Origin: Eledone cirrhosa
Taxonomy: Eukaryota
DNA length: 64,000 nt
Assembly (NCBI GenBank): GCA_964016885.1
Contig: OZ024742.1
Location: 171,244,001 to 171,308,000 of the forward strand
Direction of reading: 5' to 3'
The position numbers and the translations under genes were made by a program. Of this stretch, positions 1-14,470 are shown piece by piece. Every line of letters begins with the position of its first letter. Positions within the stretch are counted from its first letter, which is position 1. The notes under the pieces were generated by a model that ran no database searches, was not told where the DNA came from, and worked only from the letters and a program-made list of their open reading frames with translations.

Positions 1-38
1 ACATACAAATACTTAATATCATCAAATTTATACATAGG

Positions 39-333
39 TATAAGTAATTGTTTCTACGTTAGGCACAAGGCCAGCAATAACCCAGTGTATTACTGGTACT
101 TTATTTTATCGACCCCGTAAGAATGACAGGCAAAGTTAACCTCGGCGGTATAAGTAATTGTTTCTACTTTTAGGCACAAGGCCAGCAATTACCCAGTACA
201 TAACTGGTACTTTATTTTATCGACCACGTAAGGATGAAAGGCAAAGTTAACCTCGGCGGGATTTGAACTCATATCATAAAGGGACATAACTATGCTAGAA
301 AGCATGGCGTCCGACCCTCTACCGATACTGCCA
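39..333 (-). mobile_element. tRNA-derived Meta-domain SINE: one partial plus one full copy in tandem
   Basis: Reverse complement of the copy at 38649-38827. Contains B-box-like GAGTTCAAATCCC and core GCCTTTCATCCTTACGGGGTCGATAAAATAAAGTACCAG, which resembles the MetaSINE domain. Confidence 0.8.
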
Positions 334-1397
334 ATAAGTAATGTTATCAAAATATATACATAAAATTTTTATCCTGGAACATATGTAATATATGATGCTC
401 TAAAATCATATATAAAATAATTTTTTCATATACTACAATTAGAATATAATTTGAAAGTAAAGTTGAGACTAAACGATACATATAACTATATCTTTAAATA
501 ACTTAACACCGTAAACTAATAAAAATTAGAGATATCTTTTCCTTTGAAAAGAAACATGTTTACATCTAATATCTACGTAGCATTTAAACTTTACATAAAT
601 ATTAAAATTTCGTAAATTTATTTCTATCTTGAAACAACTATAGAATATACAAAATAATATACATCTTCTATACTAATATAGAATTACTTGCATATTTTTA
701 AGCCATATATTGAAAATATAAACATATCTTCGCCCAATATTATAACATATTATAACTCTTCTTATATAAAGCTATCTATATTTAACTAAAATTATTTATC
801 TATTAAATAAATAACATATATACTCACCAAAACTATTTATATATATACAACTAACCACTTATAATATAATAAAATATAATTATAACTGCAATCTTCATAA
901 TATTAAAACACACCTGTAGAATAGCCCCAATCGTATATATAAATATAAGATATCATTCACATTTTAAATTAATATTCTCTCACTTTAGCACATTTATTTA
1001 TAATTCACACGTTATATAATAAATACTTCCAAAGTATATAATTAAATAATAAAATAAATATAATTATTTCATACTCTCTACGCCCTTACAAATACGTTTC
1101 GGACAATTATATACGCACATTCTGTTGGTAACTTTAATATATTTTTTTCTTAAATCTTTCCTTAAATGTTCTTCCACCCTAATAATAACCCCTATTTCCT
1201 TTTCTTATTAAAAAAAAAAAGAATTCTAATAATTGTTTAAATTTACCTAGCGTCTAAACATAACGATCTTTTTCAGTTTTAACATTATCCTCATTAGCAT
1301 ATTCGTCTTGTGATTGGAAGTTTTTCTTCAATATCAAATAGAACTCACAACATTAAGTTCTTGTCTGAATATGTCACTATCTGTAAACCAATTTTTG

Positions 1398-1458
1398 TAT
1401 TTTATCTGATGAGAGCGTACCAACATTTTGGTACCCTTGAAATATATATAATAAAATA
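1398..1458 (+). ncRNA. Minimal type-I hammerhead ribozyme (PLE-type)
   Basis: TATTTTAT-CTGATGA-[stem II GTACCA/TGGTAC]-GAAA-TATATA-TA-ATAAAATA. Stem I arms are perfectly complementary and stem III is palindromic. Confidence 0.7.
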
Positions 1459-1644
1459 AATATGGTTTCATAAAGATAGCTTCGATTTATTAATATTATT
1501 GATATTATACTCCAGAAGAAAATTGTTGAGTGCTTATAATCTGTTATAAATTAAATTTGTTGAATAATCAACTCATTTCTTATATATATATATATATATA
1601 TATATAAGAAATGAGTTTGCAAATTCGACTGTCACCACATATCA

Positions 1645-1683
1645 TGAACCTGAAGATTGCGAAAGCATGAAAGTACTTGTTCA
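1645..1683 (+). ncRNA. Minimal type-I hammerhead ribozyme
   Basis: TGAAC-CTGAAGA-TTGC GAAA GCAT-GAAA-GTAC-TT-GTTCA. Stem I is TGAAC/GTTCA and stem III is the palindrome GTAC. Confidence 0.75.
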
Positions 1684-1871
1684 ATTAACACTTAGAATTT
1701 AATATTCTATCATACTATTTCATTATAATACCATTATATATATGTTAAAGGATTGTAAATAAAACGAGTAAATCAGACAAAGTTGGAATTCCTCTTATTA
1801 ATATAATCTTCTATACACAATCATACACACCCGTGTATATTTACCTATCTATATCTATATATATATATATT

Positions 1872-1977
<106 letters not shown>

Positions 1978-2034
1978 TATTATTAGTATTATTAGTATTG
2001 GTGCTCTGAAATAGCGATGTATACATGAATGTAT

Positions 2035-2320
2035 GTATAGTATATTTGGCAATATAGTGCATGTTTAATTAAAAACATTTAGGAGACCATTCACTATGAG
2101 TTTTAAAGTAGTGACTATGACACTTACTTATTTTCGGCGAAAACAAAGGGAGAGTGATTGACAGTCTGTATCTCGCTTGTTGGCGTTTATCAAAACCACA
2201 CACTCCCCCGCCTTCACTTCGCCGAAAATAAGTAAGTGACATAGTACTTTAAAACTCATAGTGAATGGTCTTTTAAATATTTTTAATTAAACATACAGTA
2301 TATTGCAAAATATACTATAC
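2035..2320. mobile_element. Fold-back / MITE-like element with ~105-bp inverted arms
   Basis: 2035-2141 is an imperfect reverse complement of 2218-2320 (e.g. GACCATTCACTATGAGTTTTAAAGTA / TACTTTAAAACTCATAGTGAATGGTC). There is a ~75-bp spacer and TA-rich flanks. Confidence 0.65.
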
Positions 2321-2361
2321 TATATATACATATATATACACACACATATATATACGCGTGT

Positions 2362-2498
<137 letters not shown>

Positions 2499-2940
2499 CG
2501 CATATCTGTATCAATGTAACCCAGATATAAAGTGAACCTGACTTACAGAGGAAAGAGTAGGTTCCCCATTTTTTTCTGACGTCTCTTTTTATGTTCGATG
2601 TTCATGATGATCACGAACCTCATCTTCCGCCTCAATCATAAGCATCATGGGCATCATCATAATTATCATGATCAATATCATCATCACCACCATCATTATC
2701 ATCAAGTACAACATCATCATTAATATCATCACGAATCTCCAAAACCTCACCCAAACCCATCCCAGCTCCATCATTAACACGTGTATTAACACGTTATTAA
2801 TGTCATCATTCAGCTAAAATCAAAATAAATATCAATCAATATTTCACTACCATATATGGTATTCCATTTCATCTCCAATTTCAGAATTGTCATCTTTTTT
2901 AACTTCGTGCTATCTCTAGATACATACATACATACATACC

Positions 2941-3552
2941 ACATGGTGGCTGCCAACTCGTTTTAGAGTACGGCCACTACTTTATATCCATGTAGGAGAA
3001 CCCCTACTGATGCGCTGAACGAGTGTGACTTTTAGTCCAGCCAGCGACTTGAAAACTCTGGTACAAACACTACACTTGTGACAATTATTGACACATAGTG
3101 CTGGGCCCATGGTACCACGTGACGACAAGTTCAGAGAGATCTGCAGATATAAATGCCTGTGCCGTGAAGCTTTTATAGTGAGCAAAGGCACTGCACAAAG
3201 CCAGTCCCACTCTCTTAACCAAGATGATATTTACCAAAATGAAGAACAAGTCAACATCATTGGATACCATCAGGGTTGCAGGTGATATATCACAGTTTTC
3301 CTTCTCCTAGAATTCTGCCTTGACAAAGGCTAAGGGGTCATCTCTCCCGTTGATTTTGGATGGCCATTGAATCTTAAGAGCTCCTTTGCCCTATGACAGG
3401 TTTTGATTTTAGTCCTGCAGGATGTCCAAAGTCACCCTCCTCACCAAGAAACCTTGGTGGGGTTGCCAGTTTAGTCGCCAACGACCCGACCATGAGACAG
3501 GTTGTACTGGGATACATGTTAACAGTAGCACCAACTGGTGACCTGACATGCC
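2941..3552 (-). mobile_element. Short non-autonomous retroelement, probably RTE-LINE-derived (5'UTR-like part plus 3' end), in (CATA)n
   Basis: Close copies at 39777-40343 and 28059-28276 share the same 3' end. The minus strand encodes a remnant C2H2-like CSVCTRVFKSLAGLKSH near the 3' end, as in RTE ORF C-termini. (TATG)n on both sides. Confidence 0.6.
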
Positions 3553-3790
3553 ACATACATACATACATACATACATACATACATACATACATGATGATGG
3601 CTGCCCCCACGTTATCGAATATGGCCATTGCATGATATACCATTATTAATAATAATTAATTAATTTTATTGTGCAATGCCTGTGCATGAAGATATTTTTT
3701 AAAGTGACGAAAGACTGTGCACTGAGCCAATCCCACTTTCATACATACATACATAGATAGATATATACATACATATACATACATACATAT

Positions 3791-4020
3791 ATGATGGCTG
3801 CAAACTCTGCTAAGAGTATTCCAATCGCTTGTCAGTTTTGGTGCACTTTTAGGCTACGACCAACCACACAAAACTGTACCATATCCTGATCAAGCAATGC
3901 CAGTGCTTTGAAGGTTTTTTTAAGTGGAGAAAGGTCTTGCACTCGACCAAACCCACTCTCTGAAAACAGTACCCGAAAAGGAGAACTAATCTACATCATC
4001 GGATGCTTCCGAAGCCGCAG
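3791..4020 (-). mobile_element. Diverged RTE-like 3' end
   Basis: Ends GCAGCCATCAT followed by (TATG)n, like the 2941 element and the stub at ~3591-3640. Confidence 0.3.
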
Positions 4021-4267
4021 GTTTTTTTTTCTGAGGTTCCCTCTCTTAGAAAGGTATTGTGACAACAACTGGGGACTTTTCACTCTCATATACATATATA
4101 TATATGTGGAAGCACTCCGTCGTTTCCGACGACGCGTGCTCCAGTTGATTCAATATATCCTATTCCTCCTATATCAAGCGTTAACCTAATATATACCTTC
4201 CATATACTGTACCGATTGTGTTGTTATTTCTGTTTACCTTTTACTTACACACATACACACATATATA

Positions 4268-4398
<131 letters not shown>

Positions 4399-6688
4399 AT
4401 GCTGCCATAGAATACTTCTAGCTTACAATTCCCCATTTTGAACTCTTGACTCGTCAATTAACACAATCAAATATACACACACATATTTACAGGATGTTTT
4501 AAAAAAAACAACTTTGTTCTGTGAAGAAACACAGCTGCTGCTATCTTCCTTACCACCTCTCTATTAACCAGAACTCATTCTCCAGCCAAATTTTGAGTAA
4601 GAAAGATGGAAGAAAACTTACTTCAACATTTGATTTTAATTTTAAATCTTTAATTTTTAGTTTGTACCTCCTATTAATTCTTTTTAATTTTTTATTTCAA
4701 TACTTAACATTTGATAAGATGAATCTAAATAATACATCGAAACCGGTAATACTTTATATACTTTATATACATTATAAAACTTTTTTTAAAAAAGAATTGT
4801 CCCTCTCATTTTTTCAATAATGTTATCTTTTCAATAATGTCACTTCGACGAATCAAAAAAAGGATAAAAAAAAAAGAAAAACAAACCCTTAAATATATTT
4901 TTCGTGCTATTTCAAACTTCACCTTTTCTCTATATCCACTGTTTTGTATAGAACCTTACTTCTCTTTTCTAATATATATGAAACCACGCATTCTCACATG
5001 CCTCAGCACAAGTTCAGCACACACATATATATGAATATGTATAAAGATACATATAGACAGAAAAATATGAACTAAATGTGTGCTCAGTCGTTATAGGTAG
5101 AGTATTGAATGTATTTTAGAAAGAAAAGGTTGACTGCGACTTCAAAATTCCGTCAATGATTAGATTAGATTATTTTGGTCGGTAACCCTAATCTGCTTAA
5201 CACCACCAGCTTAGAGTTTTTTTCACTCAAATGGAAGTATTCATGCTCGCTCTCTGTTCTAATGAAGCATTTCTCCGTGCCTTTCTTTGTCTAAGCGGTT
5301 CTATAAAGATATCAAGCGTGCAACACTTGCTCCTCTGACTAAATAATTATTACAACATAGCTACAAATGAAATGAAACTAAGGTCAGTCGGTTACCGGAA
5401 ATTGACTGAACTTTCTACAGGTACTTACACGCTTAACATAATTCTCAAGCAGGATGACTCAGTGTGTCAGAGTGTGTGACAAGACTAGCTCTTTGAATTA
5501 CATGTTCAGTCCATTCGATTATCTTGCCAACAATATATGTAGAGAAGATTTTAACAAGATTTTAACAAAAACAACAGTAAAAATAGATGTGATTGTACCA
5601 CGGACGCGTAAAATATGATATCGCACACATCCATTAACATAAGTCGTGTGCTTATGCAGGAACAAAATATATCTACTAGATAGATCCTACAAATTATTAG
5701 GAAGATGGCGGAAAAAGAAATATAATCATGCACCCTCATTTACACAGAGAAAAATAAGAACACAACAAAATTACCCGACAACAGATAGAAACGCACTAAA
5801 AAATCTGCAAAGTCCATTCTCAAATGGATAATCATGGACAGGCAAAAACATTACTAATATGGATTCACATGTTCCGTATTTCTTGCAGAAATCCTAAGAT
5901 GTGTAAATGATGTGTAAATAAGGAAAATCTCTATTTAAACTCCGAATAGGATTCTAGAAATACCTAATATAAAACTAGTAAATGCAACATTTACAGGAGT
6001 AAAACCGTAGAAATATAGAGGCGTTTAAAGAGTTTCATATTTTACAGAAACAAACCTAAAATCACACACGAACACTGACACATACGCGTGCACATCCCAA
6101 TATATTTAAAACAATACAAGACCGGACTAAAAATATCATGGTTTACATCATGCTTTACTAACATCTCAGAAATGCCACTCATATTGCATAGGTAAACGGG
6201 ACGCTATAGAAGATACTCAACCAAGGGATCACACAATGGAACTGAACCTTAAATTCCATGGTTACAAAGCGATTTCTTCCACCATCCAGCCATGCCGGCA
6301 CCTATTGTTTATTTTTCTCCATGCTTTTAGAAATCCTTTCTTAAGCCATTGTCAATCGATATTAACCTATAATTAAAACATTTTCATTTCTACTTCTGAT
6401 ATCACTAATGGATTCGTCCCAACAATGCTCCCTTATTATAGAAAACGGAAGGATATACATAAATATCTATCATTCCTCCATTATAATAAGGTCATATAAT
6501 ACATTGATTTTAGTTTTCGGTCACAAAAGATCAGTGCAAATTGTGTACTAAATAATCCCTCAAAAATATATTTTCTCGGCCTCTTTATTTCTCACAAAAA
6601 TTCCCCATTTACTTTCCTCACTCCACAAATGTACACACACAATGTGCAAGTTTATGGTTATGTGCGTATGTATATATAACTATACAAT

Positions 6689-6866
<178 letters not shown>

Positions 6867-7940
6867 ATGTATATATATATATAGTCGCGTGCGTGCGTGT
6901 GATAAGATGCACATGTACGTATATATATATGTGCTTCGTGTGTATGTATGCGCGCCTTTGTATGTACGCATGTATGTGCTTTTGTCTGTACGTATTTATA
7001 TATATATTTATATATATATATATGTGTATGTACGAACCTATGTTTTTTCTATTTTTTCTAGTGTTACTTTATAATTGATAACCCCTCCCTCATACTTTTT
7101 CTTTGATTTAATTTTTTTATTCTCATATATTTTTTCATTTTTTTCATTTTTATATATGTATCGACCTTCAGCCTGACATTGCTTTGACTGATACACTCCA
7201 TTCCCTGTATATATCACTCGCATGTATGTGGTTGCGCGTGTGTGTGTGTTTATACGCGTGCTTTCATACTTGTATGTGTATATATTTCAATCCTTAGTAG
7301 CTGAGTCTGGATGTACGCTAACTCTATTATCTTACAACTTCTTTTTCAACATATATTATATACGTATTTGTGATCACACATACACTGATATGCTTGCGCT
7401 CATATATGTACTTACGCACACATTTTTTCACTATACTCATGCATTTGTACATACACACATATGTACATTTGTGAGTGAATATACACACATTTATACACAT
7501 ACCCTAACTATATTTCCTTATTTTATTTTTATATATCTCTTGCGTTACTTTTATTTATATATTTTTTTGCCCGTTAAACTTTTGCCTTTCTTGAGGAGAT
7601 TTTTCAAATATTTTACTATGTTTTAAATTGTCTGACGAACGAATGAGGACGTTTCTTGTATTCCACTTATTCGGGAAACCTCTAGTAATGAGGTAATTAT
7701 ATTGTATTGTTTATTATACATTAAATTTAGCTCTGGTACTTACATAGAGCACTCTTCACTCCTATGACTTTTTCAATTTTCAACGGAAAAACTTCAATGC
7801 TTATATATATATATATATACATACTTAGAATATATATATAATTATATATACTTATATATAATATATGTAGAAATAATCACAGTAAATTGTTGATTGCAGG
7901 GTATCAATATGAGTTAGTAACTCTGTATTTTATTTGTATA

Positions 7941-7999
7941 TAAGTATTGAGTACTCTGATGCGTTATGGTCCATCTGTTTCCTTACCACACCTCCTTCG

Positions 8000-8001
<2 letters not shown>
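7941..8001 (+). mobile_element. Family A short retroelement, 3'-terminal fragment
   Basis: Matches the 3' terminus (...CCTTACCACACCTCCTTCGTT+(TA)n) of the copies at 54035-54228 etc. Confidence 0.75.
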
Positions 8002-8078
<77 letters not shown>

Positions 8079-8096
8079 TATATACATATATATATA

Positions 8097-8414
8097 AATG
8101 GAAAAAAATGAAACGAAATTTCATTTCTCACTCTTAGTACGGCTGTTACTTAAATATAAGTATGTATACGTACATTAATATATGTATACAGACGTACAGT
8201 AGTATGTATATATATATACATACATGCACACATATATATGTACGTATGGATTTACTGAACATTTATTATAATGCTCGGTTTGTTTGTAAACAAACATCCC
8301 GAATTGAGCCGTACAGTGTTTAAGCAACCATCGTTGCCCTTTTGTTCAACACTGACAAAGGAACGATGTACTAGTTTCAAGCTTATTAGCTATCGTCAGC
8401 AACGTATACCTTCC
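8097..8414 (-). mobile_element. Family G retrozyme-like partial monomer
   Basis: Homologous to the ~430-nt unit at 45552-45984. Contains an HHR and is preceded by (TA)n. Confidence 0.8.
8363..8405 (-). ncRNA. Type-I hammerhead ribozyme (family G)
   Basis: Minus strand: ACGTTG-CTGACGA-TAGCT AATA AGCTT-GAAAC-TA-GTA-CATCGT. Confidence 0.75.
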
Positions 8415-8416
8415 TG

Positions 8417-8590
8417 CCACACCTCCTTCGTTATATATAACGAAGGACGTGTGGTAAGGAAACAGATGGACCATAACGCATCAGAGTACTCAATACTTAG
8501 GCTAGTAGAGTGTGTAATAAGAGAATGTTTAACCCCGACGGCAGAGCTCAAGCCGTTTCGACGGCTATTTCTGGACTAAATTTAGTCTGG
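8417..8590 (-). mobile_element. Family A element (3' half of HHR), with a tail-to-tail 3' stub
   Basis: CCACACCTCCTTCGTT-ATATAT-AACGAAGGACGTGTGG junction. The minus strand has GTC-GAAAC-GGCTTGAGCTCTGCC-GTC-GGGG. Confidence 0.7.
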
Positions 8591-8633
8591 TTAAAGATTT
8601 TCATATATACATATATATATATATATGTATATA

Positions 8634-8693
<60 letters not shown>

Positions 8694-8826
8694 TGTTTAT
8701 ATAAAACTAAATTTATATAGTATGTATAATGCTATAAAATATTCTATAAAATAGGGTGGTAACATCTGTTTGCATCTCAAAGAGTCTTCATTCTATTTCA
8801 TAGCACCTTATATTTAAACTCTCATT

Positions 8827-8936
8827 AAATCCCGCCGAGGTTAACTTTGCCTTTCATCCTTACGGGGTCGATAAAATAAAGTACCAGTAATACACTGGAA
8901 CAATTGCTGGCCTTGTGCCAAAAGTAGAAACAATTA
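8827..8936 (+). mobile_element. Meta-domain SINE, 5'-truncated
   Basis: Matches the core and 3' end of the SINE at 38649-38827. Confidence 0.75.
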
Positions 8937-8990
8937 TATTATCAACTTCATCCTCTCAGGTCTTCGTAAAAGTTCGAGAGATCGGTTATT

Positions 8991-9100
<110 letters not shown>

Positions 9101-11149
9101 ATTAATGTCCGGCTTTGCCATAGTTAAATAACTAACAAATAGTTTTATGGCTCTACAAGGCTGGGATTTTCGAATATTTGCTCGTATACATGAAACTGCG
9201 TGGCCTATCTGCTGATAGGCAAATCTAGCTGATCAGTAGATCTGCCAATATACAGATCTGACTGATCGGCCTCTCTGCTAATATGCAAATCAGGCTGATC
9301 AGTCACTGTATATTCTAGAAAACATCATATATTTTCACTAGCTTTGATAGTTGGCAGGTAAGCAGACATTAGTGTCTGCCGTTCTGTTTATATGCGAACA
9401 CAAGACCAATAATGCCGGCGTCATTCTGCTGACATGGCCTGAAGAAGCTGTTTGAATAATTGGAAACGAATTGAATAGTATGATTAATATTCGAAAATCT
9501 CAGATTTACATATATATATGAATACATTCGGACAGAGATAATTGGTTTCTCTAAATTGCATGTTTACTAAAATGTTACCAATTAAATTTCAAATTATCCC
9601 AACTCTATGACTGAACTATCCCAACACATAATGACCGAATTAATCTTCGTTGCCAAAACATGCACTAGTTTACTGATCGGACTGACTAGTTTATCTAATT
9701 CCTAGATGGTACACTATCAACAAATCAAACTATTAATCTCTACATGGACACAACATGCAACCCTTCTCTGTTAAACCCCAAGACTAAGAACTAGTCAAAT
9801 TGCGTTTCATCACATTTTTTACGCGCGAAATAAACACCGTAATGTAAAGAATTTATGACAATTTGATTTGTAGGCAATGTTTTATTTTCATAAACATACA
9901 ACTCGACACATATTCTGGTATCTACTATAGCATAGGGCTGACCAAAACCATATGCAGAACTCTCTCCGTCCGATGGGGAGATCTCTTGTGAAAATGGGTA
10001 TAGCTTTCATTATCTAAAATCTCCCCATTTTGCCTCATTTCTCACCGTTTTGCGGCACTTTGTTTTCATGGTACTCCCCGTTTGGGTTTTTAGAGGTTGG
10101 CAGGTTTGCGATATGGGTGAAATTTTGTAAACGGTATCTGATCTGAAGCCTATCATATCTATCTGTGCCTCGCTCTCCGACTTTCTCTCTATCTCTTACT
10201 CGAACAAAAAAAAAAAATAGCCAATTGTTACATACACGACACTAAGTGAGGTTGCTAAGTCAATTAATTCAATATCCATAAATTATTCTATACTGGTGAT
10301 ATATTTAGAGTATATATTTTCTTTGTGTTGTGAAATAAAGTTTCTCGTGCATTACCTTACAGTTATAAAGAGAATAAGTGGTGTTTATTTCATAATTAAC
10401 ATTCATTCATATTATTGTGTGTTGGAGTAGAAATCCCACATTCTGGAAATCCGATTGTTTGTAAATGTCAAAAGAAACACAGTTATATTTAATGATAGCT
10501 TGAACCAGCATGAATTCAGAAAATGTGTTCTTTGTGTCAACACATTATTCATCAGGGCATATTAATTAATAATTGCACTATACGGTACATCTTCTCTCGG
10601 CCTACTATCCGTGACTCTATTCCAGTATTTATAGAGGCGCTCTCATAAATAGCTATTGTAATTAAATTTATGAGCTTACAATACAAGTAAGAGAAGTATA
10701 TTATTTTGTTTAGGCAAAAAGGAATAAAATAACGAATTCAGATATTGAAACATAACCAGAGATATTACTGTAACGGAGCTTTTGTCTCTCGAGACATTTG
10801 GGGCGTTGGATCACTAACAACGAGCTTCTTGTCATTGTTAGCAGTTTGCCTTACTGATGTATGAAACGAGGCCAGAGGTTGTGCTTGGTTATTCCAAGGT
10901 AGGGGAGGGATGAGTTGATGAAATCAACTTTTGCACTTGAACTCTAGACAAAGCGCATGACTAAGTGGATCAGTCATTTGGCTCACGATCGTATGATCGT
11001 GAGTTCGATTCCGGGCGGCATGATGGGACCTTAAGCAAGACACTCTATACCGACCATACAATAGTAATATTATAAACAGTTTATAGCTTCCCTTAATCAC
11101 CAGCTGTACAAGGGTAACAACATAAAACTTCTGAAATTCTACTCGAGAA

Positions 11150-11590
11150 CCAGTCATACAATGATAACAAAAGTAGCCTATAGTTTTACTCAGTCACCAG
11201 CCATACAATAGTAACAAAAGTAGCCTATAGTTTTACTCAGTCACCAGCCATACAATAGTAACAAAAGTAGCCTTTAGTGTTATTCAGTCACCAGCAAATG
11301 GCAACAACAAACAGATAATTGCTCCACGCAACTACTAGCCAAACAATGGTAACAACAAACAGTCTATAGCTCCACTCAACCACTAGCCAATAAATAGTAA
11401 CAACAAACAGTCTATAGCTCCACTCAACCACTAGCCAATAAATAGTAACAACAAACAGTATATAGCTCCACTCAACAAACAGCCATACAATAGTAACAAC
11501 AAACCTATAGCTCCACTCAACCACTATCCATACAATGGTAACAACAAACAGTCTATAGTTCAACTCAACAAACAGCCATACAATGGTAAG
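11150..11590. repeat. Minisatellite, ~45-bp unit, ~9-10 copies
   Basis: Repeating CCATACAATAGTAACAACAAACAGTCTATAGCTCCACTCAACCACTAG-like unit. Confidence 0.9.
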
Positions 11591-12593
11591 ATTAGAAACA
11601 TGATAATATATGTTACCTGGATCATTCCGAGGTTTGTCTGTAATAGAAACATAAAGAAAAATTATTGTTAAATAAAATAATTAGAACAAAATATAAATTA
11701 ATTAAATGAAATATAATTAAGGAGACAATTTCTTACAGTACATTCTATGAATTGTTCAGCTAACGATGATATGTACCTCAACGAAGTCGTTTACTCTGAA
11801 AGAAATAGCGAAACCAACATTTTCATTTATTCTTCACCTACTTACTTTAAGAAGTGATCTTTCCTCTTTAGAACATGAATTTTAAACACTGAATACAAGT
11901 ATTGAAGGCTCATTCAGTTAATGGCTGCATTTTTAAAGTACAATGCCATTTTAAACACTCATTCCAACATACACACACACAGCGACACACACATACACCC
12001 CCCCCCCACACACACAGACACGCAAACACACACGCATATATATATAAATATGTGTGTGTGTGTGTATTAGGTATATACAATTATATGTATATATATATAT
12101 ATATACATACACACACACACATATATATACAGAGAGAGAGAGAAAAGGTGAGAGAGAGGAAGAGTGAAAGAAATTGAAAACTGCATTAACAGAACGTTAC
12201 GTTTATGTGACAGGCGGACAAAAAAATCCAATGCAATCATTATCATAGAGCTTTCTATGGACGTGGAAAATATGATTAAACTTTGTTGTCATCTATTTTA
12301 TTATTCTTACGTGTACATCAAAGTGTTTTAACATAATTTGTAGATTGAATTACCTTCCACAGAACAAACGAACTAGAAATATTTCTATTGTAAAATAGAC
12401 TTAAAGGCTTTAATAATAAATAACCAATGTAGTTAGATTTTATTTAAAGACTTATCCAGTACTGAGTGTTGTTTTCCTTTCTCCAATTGCATAGAATTCG
12501 TTGCTAAGTAATTCCTTAATGTATTTAATATATATTGTGTAAAATAAATTGATTTAAAGAATATTGTTTTAATAACATTATAACAACAGAAAA

Positions 12594-12798
12594 AGAAGAA
12601 GGTGGAGGAGGAGGAGGGGATGATGAGAAGGAGGAGGAGAAGAAGGAGGAAGGGGAAAGAAGAAGAAGAAGACAACGACAACGACGAAGAAGAAGAAGAA
12701 AAAGAAGACGACGACAACGAAGAAGAAGACGAAGAAAAAGACGAAGAAGAAGAAGAAGAAGAAGAAGAAGAAGAAGAAGAAGAAGAAGAAGAAGAAGA
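12594..12798. repeat. (GAA)n/(GAG)n/(GAC)n trinucleotide microsatellite
   Basis: Seen directly in the sequence. Confidence 0.95.
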
Positions 12799-13855
12799 TT
12801 GCTCAATCTTCACAGGATAGAATATATATTGGAACATCTAGATGATGAGAGATTAGTCGGAAATAACCAATATTCACGGAAAATATCAATTAATGTAGAC
12901 AAACTCCAATAACTCAACATCGATAAAATGATCTTTCCATTAGACTTATGCTATTAACTTATTTATAATGGAGACTTTCCGTGTTGTGTATTTTGCCTTG
13001 AAACTCAGTCTTACATTCACTATTATTTTGTGACAGAAAATTTTCAAACACGGAACATATTAATATTTCGTCTAATTCAATCAGCTTTGTACTCGCTTCA
13101 CTTACTAAATAAGATGGCTATGCCTTTTCTTTCTTCATAAGTGATTCACAAGAAATAGAATTGTAATGAATTTATAGCATGATTTTATGGTTTTTGTTAT
13201 GCTCGTCTCAAAATAATTAAGGAAATATCGCTCAGAACACATTTTAAAGTGTTGAATCTTGGTTGTTTTATCTATAAAATAATTCAGAGCTGAGAGGAAA
13301 AAGTTTTTTGCTAAATAAGACATCATATTAAAACAACAAATAACAAATATTACGACACTGGCTACATCATGATAATAAGCAGTGCAGTGATTTCTTGATT
13401 TTTTATATACGAAATGATTAAATTCCGCTCGTTTATATGGATTAACCTGCCTATCTTCAGATACCTGGTATTTCCGCCGTAGAACGTAGAATTTCGGTGT
13501 TGAATAGAAGCAGTCAAAATAACGGAATTAGAAGATTCGTAGGAATTACGTAGACAAAAATACAGAAATAAAATATTAGGGAGGAAAAAACATACGACTG
13601 CATAATTAGAAGAATATTGGACGGAGAGGGAAACGAATTTTCTCAAAGATTTTAACGCGGTTGCGAATCTAACTGTTTAACCTGACAGCCATACTTACGT
13701 TTATATATTGGATCCTTAACTCCTCATGGATTTCGAGGAGTGGGGGATCATAATCACACAATTTGGGCAATTGCTATACTCCATGTCTTAACAGAGACAA
13801 TTTCCTCCAGAAAGAGATAGATAGCTAGATAGCTAGATAGATAGATAGTTAGATA

Positions 13856-14292
13856 AATTTATTTATTAGCCACAAGGGCACAAATACAAATCGGGAGTTT
13901 ACATAGGGGTATATGAAAATAAAACTATTAATAAAACAACAAATAACAATTGAAATCCCCAATAGGGAGGAGGCGTTACACAGGGGCTGTACACATCCCG
14001 AAAAAATGTACAACCCTCCAGGAGCACCAAGAGTGAGTACTCCCTTCCCCTCTTCCTCTTTTTCCTCAACCTACAGGCTTATATAGAGAGAAGGCCCAAC
14101 CGCTCGGGCCATCTTTGCCACATTCACCCACCTTTCATAAAATTTGCTGGGGTACAGCACCTCTCTCTCCATCTTGATTCTTCTTCCAAAATGATATTTG
14201 AAAAAACGAATCAGTTGTTCGCCGGAGAGAAAGGTGTCTGACCTCAGCCCTTTTAATCTAGTCCACCATATAACCTCTTTCACCATAGCCAT
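13856..14292 (-). mobile_element. Tx1/L1-clade LINE, short 3' fragment (copy A)
   Basis: ORF 14071-14292 is highly similar to the C-terminus of the 1124-aa ORF. The 3'UTR ends in AATAAA. (TAGA)n on both sides. Confidence 0.85.
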
Positions 14293-14338
14293 AATAGATA
14301 GATAGATAGCCAGATAGCTAGATAGCTAGATAGATAGA

Positions 14339-14384
<46 letters not shown>

Positions 14385-14415
14385 TACTTATATAGAGATA
14401 GACAGACAGATAGAG

Positions 14416-14452
<37 letters not shown>

Positions 14453-14470
14453 CTTATATAGATAGAGACA

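Noticed and set aside
7622-7692. HHR-like CTGACGA...GAAAC..GTA
   Set aside because: Both core halves and a stem II are visible, but stem I does not pair convincingly. Possibly a decayed copy, not called.
11150-11590. CRISPR-like regular array
   Set aside because: Contiguous tandem units with no unique spacers, in a eukaryotic context with no cas genes.
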